DNA of 64,000 bases, taken from contig DAOTVO010000025.1 in the NCBI GenBank assembly GCA_034436335.1, positions 28,921 to 92,920 of the forward strand, in the 5' to 3' direction. Made by a program: the position numbers and the translations under genes. Of this stretch, positions 36,072 to 43,733 are shown one piece after another. The number at the start of each line of letters is the position of its first letter. The first letter of the stretch is position 1. The DNA is from Anaerolineales bacterium (GTDB taxonomy: Bacteria; Chloroflexota; Anaerolineae; Anaerolineales; Villigracilaceae). A model generated the notes under the pieces. The model saw only the letters and a list, made by a program, of their open reading frames with translations, was not told the DNA's origin and did not search any database.

Positions 36072-36103
36072 TGTCAACGTTTCAACGTGTCAACGTGTTA
36101 ACG
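36072..36103. repeat. 8-bp word stutter TCAACGTK x3-4
   Basis: TCAACGTT TCAACGTG TCAACGTG TTAACG. Encodes the last residues (VNTLTR*) and the stop of the S9 peptidase. Confidence 0.75.
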
Positions 36104-37992
36104 AAGAATTCGGTGATGGCATTGTAGCAGGCGACGCGGTTGGCATATTTCAGCACATCGTGGCCTTCGTCATCGAAGAGCAGCAGTTCGACCTGTTTGC
36201 CTTTGGCGCGCAGGTCGGCGACCAGTTCCTCGGACTCCTTGGCCACCACGCGCGGGTCGTTGCGCCCCTGGATGACGAGCAGGGGACAGGCGAGGTGGTC
36301 GAGGTAGGTCTTGGGCGAGCGTTCGGTCAGGAAGGCGCGGCCCTCGGGCGTTTCGGGGTCGCCGAGCGCCACCTTGAAGTAGGGCTTCCAGGTCTCCGGG
36401 ATGCGCGCCGAGAAGGTGAGCAGGTCGTAGGGGCCGAACATGTCGCAGGCGGCTTTCCAGAGTTCGGGATGCCGCCCGACCAGGGTCAGGGTCATGTAGC
36501 CGCCGTAGGAGCGGCCGACGACGGCGGCGCGGCTCACGTCCAGGCGCTTGTCCTTGGGCAGGACTTTGGTCATGGCGTGGACGTGGTCGAGGCGGTCGTT
36601 GCCGCCCCAGTCGCGGTCCACCTGCTTGGTGTAAGAGAGGCCGTAGCCGGTCGAGCCGCGCACATTCGGGACGAAGACGGCGAAGCCGCGCAGGGTCAGG
36701 AATTGGATGAGCGGCATGGAGAACCAGGCGAAATCGGGGCGCTCTTGGCTTTGCGGGCCGCCGTGGATGTAATAGACGAGCGGGCGCGGACCGGTGAAAC
36801 CGAGTTCGGGCGCGGGCAGGTAGAGGCGGGCCGAGACGCGCGTCCCGTCGAAGGAGGTGAACGAGGCGTCCTCGCCCTTCGAGAGCAGCGTTTCGGGGAT
36901 GCCGAGAATCCGCTCCTCGGTGTGCATGACGATGACCTCGCGCTCCTTGCCCTCGAGGGTGTAGATTTGGGTCGGGCTGGTGGCGGTGGAGAAGGAGATC
37001 ACGAAGCGGTCTTTGGCCTTGTCGTAGTGCCAGTGCTGGAGGACGCCGTCCGAGAGGTCGCCCTCGCCGACCAGGACATGCCGCAGGGACATGAGGCGCT
37101 TCTCCTCGTTGAAGACGCCTTCGTAGAGCCAGGAACAGCCGTCAATGTTGAACTGGACGGCATAGTGAGTCCCTTTCAGATGGCGGAAGCCTTCCATCAC
37201 GCCCACGCCGCTGTGCCGGACGCCTTCGAGTTTGACCGGCTCGACCTGGCCGGGTTGGTCAAGGGCAATCAGGCCGAGGCTGTACTTGTCATCGAAGAGG
37301 GCCGAGGAGATGAGCACGCTGCTCTCAGAAGGAGTCCACTCGACGCTCCCCAGGCCGTTGGGCGGGACGACCTCGCCCTCGGCGCGCTGCTCGAGGGGCT
37401 TGCCCAGCAGCAGGGTCTTGCGGCCGGCCTCCCACAGGGAGAGCACCGAATCGCCCAGGGTGTAGCCATCCACCAGGAACAGGCGGCGGTGATCTTTATC
37501 CGGCCCGCCCGGGTAGGCGCCCCAGGCTGATTCGTCCAGTTTCTCCAGTTTGCCGGTGCGCAGGTCGCCGCGGTAGGCCTCCTGGACGGGTTTGTCGCGC
37601 CGCTCGGCGTTGAAATAGACGATATTCTTCTCGATGTCGCACTCGACCAAATGGACGCGGTGGTCGGCGAAGAAATTGTCGAAGGCTGGTTCGGGGTAGC
37701 CGCCGTCGAGCGGGATGAGCATCGGCTGATAGTTCTCGTCGCCGTCGCGGTCGAGCATGACCAGGATTTTATCGAGCAGGGGGAAGACGTAGAACGCGTA
37801 ACCGCCGATCAGGTCGGGGTTCTGCAGGGCCAGATGCGGCGGCAGGAGCGGCTCCGGAACCGATCCGCCGTAGTACATGGCATAGAGACTGAGTTTGCCC
37901 GACAGGCTGCTGACGAAGAAAATGCGATCTTCGACAATTTGCGGCGAGAGATGCAGACGAGCCGAGAGAAAGGATTCGATGCGATAGGGCAT
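36082..37992 (-). CDS. S9-family serine peptidase (prolyl oligopeptidase / acylaminoacyl-peptidase-like)
   Basis: N-terminal beta-propeller region and a C-terminal alpha/beta hydrolase with GRSYGGYMT. Confidence 0.85.
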   Translation of the reverse strand: MPYRIESFLSARLHLSPQIVEDRIFFVSSLSGKLSLYAMYYGGSVPEPLLPPHLALQNPDLIGGYAFYVFPLLDKILVMLDRDGDENYQPMLIPLDGGYPEPAFDNFFADHRVHLVECDIEKNIVYFNAERRDKPVQEAYRGDLRTGKLEKLDESAWGAYPGGPDKDHRRLFLVDGYTLGDSVLSLWEAGRKTLLLGKPLEQRAEGEVVPPNGLGSVEWTPSESSVLISSALFDDKYSLGLIALDQPGQVEPVKLEGVRHSGVGVMEGFRHLKGTHYAVQFNIDGCSWLYEGVFNEEKRLMSLRHVLVGEGDLSDGVLQHWHYDKAKDRFVISFSTATSPTQIYTLEGKEREVIVMHTEERILGIPETLLSKGEDASFTSFDGTRVSARLYLPAPELGFTGPRPLVYYIHGGPQSQERPDFAWFSMPLIQFLTLRGFAVFVPNVRGSTGYGLSYTKQVDRDWGGNDRLDHVHAMTKVLPKDKRLDVSRAAVVGRSYGGYMTLTLVGRHPELWKAACDMFGPYDLLTFSARIPETWKPYFKVALGDPETPEGRAFLTERSPKTYLDHLACPLLVIQGRNDPRVVAKESEELVADLRAKGKQVELLLFDDEGHDVLKYANRVACYNAITEFFVNTLTR

Positions 37993-38030
37993 ATGACACT
38001 CTCCTAGGGATTAATCTTATCACGAAAAAC

Positions 38031-38059
38031 TTGACGGATTCCGCTCCGCCTGATAAACT
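38031..38059 (+). promoter_or_regulatory. sigma70-type promoter for the cold-shock gene (TTGACG-17-TAAACT)
   Basis: -35 at 38031-38036, -10 at 38054-38059. This leaves a ~130-nt 5' UTR, as is common for csp genes. Confidence 0.5.
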
Positions 38060-38195
38060 GCTGTCCAGGTTTGCATGTGTTCATGCTGGAAGAGAATGAC
38101 CGGCCGGAACAAAGCACCAATGTTCAGGCCGTTTTCTTATCCGGCAGATACAAGCAACAATTTCACTCTTTTTTGCAAAAGCAAGGAGAAGTACA

Positions 38196-38405
38196 ATGTC
38201 AGAACGTGTGACCGGCAAGGTCAAATGGTTCAACGCCTCGAAGGGCTACGGCTTCATCGAGCGCGAAGGCGGCCCGGACGTTTTCGTCCATTTCAGCGCA
38301 ATTCAGAACGAGGGCTTCAAAACCCTCAACGAAGGCCAGGAAGTTGAGTTCGAAATCGAACAGGGACCCAAAGGCCTGCAGGCGGCCAAAGTCAAGCCGA
38401 TGTAA
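38196..38405 (+). CDS. csp: cold-shock protein (CspA family)
   Basis: [15 protein letters not shown] (RNP1) and DVFVHFSAI (RNP2). 69 aa. Confidence 0.95.
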   Translation: MSERVTGKVKWFNASKGYGFIEREGGPDVFVHFSAIQNEGFKTLNEGQEVEFEIEQGPKGLQAAKVKPM

Positions 38406-38423
38406 TTCGAAGAATTGCAAATT

Positions 38424-38456
38424 AAAAATCCCTTCCCGTGCTGGGGAGGGATTTTC
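38424..38456 (+). terminator. intrinsic terminator after csp
   Basis: Stem AATCCCTTCCC/GGGGAGGGATT followed by TTTTC. Preceded by an A-run, so it may act in both directions. Confidence 0.7.
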
Positions 38457-38475
38457 GATTCGGCTAATAAAAAAG

Positions 38476-38751
38476 TCAGGATTTACGCGGGTTGATCTCC
38501 ACCTGGCTGAGCCAGTCGCCCACAAACAGGAAGAGGACGCTCCCCAGCGTCCCCAGGCCGGCGTTCAGCGGCCCAATCTGTACGAAATTCCAGCCCAGGG
38601 AGGTGGCCAAAAAATGCCCGGCCCAGAAGCCGATTTCGGCAAACAAGATGAAAAGGAGCAATTTCTTGAGCGTTTCAGCGCGCCAGAAGTGGAACGCCGC
38701 GCCATAGAGCGCCGCGAGAAGGATGCCAAAAATCAGGGCGGGAACAGTCAT
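38476..38751 (-). CDS. small 3-TM membrane protein
   Basis: 91-aa hydrophobic ORF. No motif recognised. Confidence 0.55.
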   Translation of the reverse strand: MTVPALIFGILLAALYGAAFHFWRAETLKKLLLFILFAEIGFWAGHFLATSLGWNFVQIGPLNAGLGTLGSVLFLFVGDWLSQVEINPRKS

Positions 38752-38799
38752 GCGAACTCCAGGGAGGTCTCAATTGGGAGAAATTATACCACGAACTGG

Positions 38800-39873
38800 C
38801 TATACGAAGTTTCTAACTATCATCCCGCCGCCGAGGACGAGGTCGCCCTCGTAGAAGACGGCCGCCTGGCCCGGCGTCAGGTCGCGCACCGGCGCGTCGA
38901 AGCGGACCCGCGCCCGGCTCCCCGCTTCGAGCGGCGTCACCTCCGCCGGGACTTCGCGAGCGGTGTAACGCGTCTTGACCTCGGCGCGGAAGGAGGCGGC
39001 GGGCGGCGCCACCGAGGCCCAGTTCACGTTCGTCACCAGGCATTCCTGCACGCCCAGTTGCTCCGCCGCGCCGACGATGAGGGCATTGCGGGCAACGTCT
39101 TTTTCCAGCACATAGAGCGGCACGGGCGAGGCGATTCCCATCCCCTTGCGCTGGCCGATGGTGTAGTCGGCCAGGCCGGTGTGGGTGCCGAGCGTCCGGC
39201 CATCGCGGGTCAGGATGGGGCCGGGGATGAGCGTCTGCGGGGCATGACGGCGCAAGAAGGCGCGGTAATCCTCGCCGGCGAGGAAGCACAGGTCTTGGCT
39301 ATCGGGACGGTGGGCGGTGGGCAGGCCGAAGGTCTGGGCCAGGGCGCGGATTTCGGGCTTGGAGTACTCGCCCACCGGGAAGAGGGCGCGGGCGAGTTGC
39401 TCCTGGCTGAGGACGTGCAGAACGTAGGACTGGTCTTTGGCGCGGTCCACGGCGCGCAGCAACTGATGCCGGCCGCCGTCTACGGTCTTCCGTCGCACGT
39501 AGTGACCGGTGGCCATGAAGTCGGCGCCCATGTCGAGGGCGCGGCGGAGGAGGAAGTCCCAGCGGATGAGGCGGTTGCAGACCAGGCAGGGGTTCGGGGT
39601 TTGACCGGCAGCGTAGCCTTCCAAGAAGTACTCGACGACGGTTTGGCGGAAGAGGTCTTTGGCATCCAGCACGTAGAAGGGGATGTCGAGTTTGGCGGCG
39701 ACGCGGCGGGCGAGAGTCATCGCGTCGGGCGTGCAGCAGCGGTTGGAGTCTTCTTTGCCCGGTTCGGACCACAGCCGCAGCATGATGCCGATGACTTCAT
39801 AGCCTTGCTGTTTGAGCAGGGCGGCGGCGACGGAGGAATCTACGCCTCCAGACATGGCAACGACAACTTTCAT
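38800..39873 (-). CDS. mnmA: tRNA 2-thiouridine(34) synthase MnmA
   Basis: MKVVVAMSGGVDSSVAA PP-loop, CC.PD and C..C.R motifs. Confidence 0.9.
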   Translation of the reverse strand: MKVVVAMSGGVDSSVAAALLKQQGYEVIGIMLRLWSEPGKEDSNRCCTPDAMTLARRVAAKLDIPFYVLDAKDLFRQTVVEYFLEGYAAGQTPNPCLVCNRLIRWDFLLRRALDMGADFMATGHYVRRKTVDGGRHQLLRAVDRAKDQSYVLHVLSQEQLARALFPVGEYSKPEIRALAQTFGLPTAHRPDSQDLCFLAGEDYRAFLRRHAPQTLIPGPILTRDGRTLGTHTGLADYTIGQRKGMGIASPVPLYVLEKDVARNALIVGAAEQLGVQECLVTNVNWASVAPPAASFRAEVKTRYTAREVPAEVTPLEAGSRARVRFDAPVRDLTPGQAAVFYEGDLVLGGGMIVRNFV

Positions 39874-39909
39874 AACTAACCCGAGATAAACAAGATGAGG
39901 AGGTAAGAA

Positions 39910-40308
39910 TCAAGAGCGGGAGGACTTCCAATTTGGGGAGGGGTAGAGGCGGCGAATCTGGATGCGGGACTTGCCAAAGTTGATGAGCAGGCAAATCTCT
40001 AGTCCGCTGGCGCGCAGGTAATTGAGCGCTTGCGCCAGATGATCATCGGTCAATTCGGAAACAGCCTTCAACTCGACAAGGATTCGATCTTCGACAAACA
40101 TATCCGCAAAGAAATCGCCAACAATGACACCATCATACACCACTTTGATGGGATACTGCTGAATCACCTTCAGCCCCTCTTTTCTCATCCGATGGGCATA
40201 GGCATTTTCGTAAACTTTTTCCACAAAGCCGATGCCCAGCGCATTGCTGACCTCAAACGCGCAAGCAATCATCCTCTTGGTCAGTTCATCGAGCGTTGCG
40301 TCTGCCAT
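39910..40308 (-). CDS. GxxExxY-family protein (PD-(D/E)XK fold)
   Basis: GIGFVEKVYENAY ... VELKAV ... Q.LNYL...G...LLINFG. G+C is lower than in the neighbours. Confidence 0.85.
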   Translation of the reverse strand: MADATLDELTKRMIACAFEVSNALGIGFVEKVYENAYAHRMRKEGLKVIQQYPIKVVYDGVIVGDFFADMFVEDRILVELKAVSELTDDHLAQALNYLRASGLEICLLINFGKSRIQIRRLYPSPNWKSSRS

Positions 40309-40336
40309 CTTCGACCTCGTTCATCAAACCAAAAAC

Positions 40337-40564
40337 GTTTATCTCCGTTCATCTCCGTTTATCTCCGTTCATCTCTGGTTCATCTCTGGTTCATCTCCGT
40401 TTATCTCCGTTCATCTCTGGTTCATCTCCGTTCATCTCTGGTTCATCTCCGTTCATCTCTGGTTCATCTCCGTTCATCTCTGGTTCATCTCCGTTCATCT
40501 CCGTTCATCTCTGGTTCATCTCCGTTCATCTCCGTTTATCTCCGTTCATCTCTGGTTCATCTCC
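40337..40564. repeat. 22-unit tandem array of 10/11-bp words GTT(C/T)ATCTCC / GTTCATCTCTG
   Basis: Counted unit by unit: 14 ten-mers plus 8 eleven-mers = 228 bp, mean period 10.36 bp. A degenerate leader GTTCATCAAACC lies at 40319-40330. The last unit contains the stop of the cysteine desulfurase gene. Confidence 0.95.
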
Positions 40565-41714
40565 GGTTCCGGTTCGCCTTCTCGACCAGGCCAGGCAGGG
40601 CAGAGAGAAAGGCTTCAATTTGCGCGGTGGTCGTCCCGGCACCGAGGGTGACGCGCAGTGAGCCGAGACCCCACTCGCGCGGCAGGCCGAGGGCGGTCAT
40701 GACCTCGCTCGGCTGCGGGTTGCCGCTCTTGCAGGCCGAGCCGGAGGAACAGGCAAAGCCGGCGGCATCGAGCAATTGCAGCAAGTAGTTGCCGTCGGCG
40801 CCCTGGAAAACGAACGAGGCGTGATTGGGCAGCCGCTCAAAGGGATGGCCGGTCAAACGGGCCTCCGGCACGGACTCCAGCACCGCGCCGATGAGATGGT
40901 CGCGCAGCGGGCGGACGTGAGCCGCGCGGGCCTCGCGCTCCTCCGCCGTCAGGCGCAGGGCCTCGGCCAGGCCGACCAGGTACGGCACGTTCGAGGTCCC
41001 GGCGCGGCGACCGCCCTCCTGCCCGCCACCGGTCAATTGCGGCAGGAGCGGCGTCCCGGCACGGACGTAGAGCGCGCCGACGCCCTTCGGGCCATAGAAC
41101 TTGTGCGCGCCCAGCGAGAGCAAATCCACGCCCAGAGCCTGCACATCCAGCGGCAGGTAGGCCGCCGCCTGCACCGCGTCGGTGTGGAAGAGGACGCCGC
41201 GGGCGCGGCAGACGGCGGCAATTTCGGCAATCGGGTTGACCGTGCCGATCTCGTTATTGGCGTACATAACCGAGACGAGGGCCGTCTTTCGGTCAATCGC
41301 CCGCTCCACCGTCTCAGGCGAGAGGCGGCCGAATTCGTCCACCGGCAGCCACTCGACGCGGAAGCCGTAATGCTGCTCCAGGTCGGCGGCGGTCTTGCTG
41401 ACGGCGGGATGCTCGGCGCGGCTGGTCAGAATCCGGTCGGCACCGGTCTGTTCGCGCACGGCCAGGGCCGCGCCGCGCAGGGCCAGGTTGTCCGCTTCCG
41501 AGCCGCAGGAGGTGAAGATGATCTCGTCCGGACGGCAGTTCAGGACGGCGGCAACCGTCTCGTGGGCCTCGTCCACAGCCGCCTCGGCGCGCTGTCCGTA
41601 GCGGTGAACCGACGACGGGTTGCCGAACGTTTCGCTGAAGAAGGGCCGCATCGCCTCGAAGACGCGTTCGTCCACGGGCGTGGTGGCAGCGTAATCCAGG
41701 TAAATTCTGTCCAT
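40557..41714 (-). CDS. cysteine desulfurase (NifS/IscS-like class V aminotransferase)
   Basis: IYLDYAATTP..., SLGAHKFYGPKG (PLP Lys), SSGSAC active-site loop. Confidence 0.9.
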   Translation of the reverse strand: MDRIYLDYAATTPVDERVFEAMRPFFSETFGNPSSVHRYGQRAEAAVDEAHETVAAVLNCRPDEIIFTSCGSEADNLALRGAALAVREQTGADRILTSRAEHPAVSKTAADLEQHYGFRVEWLPVDEFGRLSPETVERAIDRKTALVSVMYANNEIGTVNPIAEIAAVCRARGVLFHTDAVQAAAYLPLDVQALGVDLLSLGAHKFYGPKGVGALYVRAGTPLLPQLTGGGQEGGRRAGTSNVPYLVGLAEALRLTAEEREARAAHVRPLRDHLIGAVLESVPEARLTGHPFERLPNHASFVFQGADGNYLLQLLDAAGFACSSGSACKSGNPQPSEVMTALGLPREWGLGSLRVTLGAGTTTAQIEAFLSALPGLVEKANRNRR

Positions 41715-41737
41715 AAATCACGATTATAATCCACTGC

Positions 41738-43489
41738 ATGTTCCTGCCAACGACCCCCGAAGAAGTCCGCCGCCTGGGCTGGGATGCGCTCGACGTCATC
41801 CTGGTGACCGGCGACTCGTACATTGACAGCCCCTTCATCGGGGCGGCGGTCATCGGCAAGGTGCTGTGGAACGCCGGCTACCGGGTCGGCATCATCGCCC
41901 AGCCGGACGTTTTGGACACGGGCGACATCGGACGCCTCGGCCTGCCGCGTCTCTTCTGGGGCGTGACCGCCGGCTGTGTCGACTCGATGGTCGCCAACTA
42001 CACCGCCCTGAAAAAGAAACGCCGCTCGGACGATTACACCCCCGGCGGCGAGAATACCCGCCGCCCCGACCGGGCGACAATCGTGTACAGCAATTTGATT
42101 CGCAGGTTCATGAAATCCGTCCCCTCCCCCTCCACTCTCTCCCGAGGGGAGAGGGGACCTGCCATCCCCATCGTCCTGGGCGGAATCGAAGCCAGTCTGC
42201 GGCGCGTGGCGCACTACGACTACTGGGACGACGCCATCCGCCGCTCGATTCTCTTCGACGCCAAAGCCGACTATCTCCTCTACGGCATGGCCGAGCGCAG
42301 CGTCCTGGACCTGGCGGCCTGTCTGCGCGACGGACGCGACCCGCGCGGCGTGCGCGGCCTGTGCTACATCGCCAAAGAGCCGCCCGCCGGCTACCTGGAA
42401 CTGCCCGCCTACGAGACCGTTGCCGCCGACAAAGAAGCCTTCACGCAGATGTTCCACACCTTCTACCGCAACAACGACCCCGTCAGCGCCCGCGGCCTCG
42501 CCCAGAAACACGCCGACCGCTACCTGGTCCAGAACCCGCCCGCTCTCACCGAGACGCAGGCCGAACTGGACGCCATCTACGCCCTCGACTTCGAGCGCCG
42601 CCAGCATCCCTTCTACGAGCAGCAGGGCAAGGTCAGGGCGCTCGAAACCATCGGCTTCTCCATCGCCACCCATCGCGGCTGCTACGGTGAGTGCAACTTC
42701 TGCGCCATCTCCGTCCACGAGGGGACGACCGTCCGCTGGCGCAGCCCCGAGTCCATCCTGGCCGAGGCCGAGCGCCTGACGCGCCACCCGGACTTCAAGG
42801 GCTACATCCAAGACCTGGGCGGCCCGACAGCCAACATGTACGGCTTTGAATGCCCCAAGAAACTCGCCAAGGGCATCTGCACCGCCAAGCGCTGCGTCTT
42901 CCCCGAAGTCTGCCCGCTCCTGCCGGTGAATCACCAGCCGCAGACCGAACTGCTGAAGAAAGTGCGCCGCATCCCCGGCGTGAAGAAAGTGTTCGTCGCC
43001 TCCGGCCTGCGCTACGACCTGCTGCTGTGCGACCGCGACCACGGCGACGCCTACCTGCGCGAACTGGTGGCGCATCACGTCTCCGGGCAACTCAAAGTCG
43101 CCCCGGAACACGTGGACGACCGCGTCCTGGGGCTGATGGGCAAACCGGGGAGTCAATCCCTGCTGGAGTTCAAGCGCCGCTTCGACGCCCTGAACCGCCA
43201 GGCGGGCAAGCGGCAGTTTCTGACCTACTACCTCATCGCCGCCCACCCCGGCTGCAGCGAGGCCGACATGCAGCGCGTCAAACACTTCGCCAGCCGTGAA
43301 CTCAAGATTCACCCGGAGCAGGTACAGGTCTTCACCCCCACCCCGTCCACCTACTCCAGCCTGATGTACTACACCGAGCGCGACCCGTTCACGGGCGAGC
43401 CGCTCTTCGTGGAGAAAGACCTGCGCCGCAAAGCGCGGCAGAAGGAAGTGGTGACCGGAGATGAACAAACCAGAGATAAACGGAGATGA
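41738..43489 (+). CDS. ygiQ: YgiQ-family radical SAM protein (UPF0313)
   Basis: N-terminus MFLPTTPEEVRRLGWDALDVILVTGDSYIDSPF and CYGECNFC cluster. Confidence 0.9.
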   Translation: MFLPTTPEEVRRLGWDALDVILVTGDSYIDSPFIGAAVIGKVLWNAGYRVGIIAQPDVLDTGDIGRLGLPRLFWGVTAGCVDSMVANYTALKKKRRSDDYTPGGENTRRPDRATIVYSNLIRRFMKSVPSPSTLSRGERGPAIPIVLGGIEASLRRVAHYDYWDDAIRRSILFDAKADYLLYGMAERSVLDLAACLRDGRDPRGVRGLCYIAKEPPAGYLELPAYETVAADKEAFTQMFHTFYRNNDPVSARGLAQKHADRYLVQNPPALTETQAELDAIYALDFERRQHPFYEQQGKVRALETIGFSIATHRGCYGECNFCAISVHEGTTVRWRSPESILAEAERLTRHPDFKGYIQDLGGPTANMYGFECPKKLAKGICTAKRCVFPEVCPLLPVNHQPQTELLKKVRRIPGVKKVFVASGLRYDLLLCDRDHGDAYLRELVAHHVSGQLKVAPEHVDDRVLGLMGKPGSQSLLEFKRRFDALNRQAGKRQFLTYYLIAAHPGCSEADMQRVKHFASRELKIHPEQVQVFTPTPSTYSSLMYYTERDPFTGEPLFVEKDLRRKARQKEVVTGDEQTRDKRR

Positions 43490-43566
43490 ACCAGAGATGA
43501 ACGGAGATGAACAAACCAGGGATAAACGGAGATGAACAAAGTCGGTTTATCTCTGGTTATCTCCGG
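43456..43566. repeat. same word family, seven reverse-orientation units followed by two forward units
   Basis: Reverse units CGGAGATGAAC, CAGAGATAAAC, GGAGATGAAC, CAGAGATGAAC, GGAGATGAAC, CAGGGATAAAC, GGAGATGAAC, then forward GGTTTATCTCTGGTTATCTCCGG. Contains the ygiQ stop (43487-43489). Confidence 0.9.
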
Positions 43567-43589
43567 TAAAACAAAAACTCAAAGGCTTT

Positions 43590-43726
43590 CTTCGTGAGCC
43601 TTTGTGCCCCCTTCGCGCCCTTCGTGTTAAAAACCCAAACAAACCTTCGTGAACCTTTGTGTCCCCTTCGCGCCCTTCGTGTTAAAAACCCAAACAAACC
43701 TTCGCGTCCCTTTCGTGTTGAAAAGG
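43590..43726. repeat. 2.5 tandem copies of a 55-bp unit built from CCTTCGYG words
   Basis: Copies at 43590-43644 and 43645-43699 differ at 2 of 55 positions. A partial third copy lies at 43700-43726. Confidence 0.9.
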
Positions 43727-43733
43727 TCTTGAC

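Noticed and set aside
40337-40564. Possible CRISPR array.
   Set aside because: The units are 10-11 bp and directly abutting, with no unique spacers. There are no cas genes or leader in the window.
40030-40788. Three overlapping + strand ORFs (40030.., 40232.., 40296..) translating to SVHLWFISVHL... through the repeat array.
   Set aside because: They exist only because the 10/11-bp word lacks stop codons in all + frames. All three frames being open simultaneously, together with the overlap with real minus-strand genes on both sides, argues against coding.
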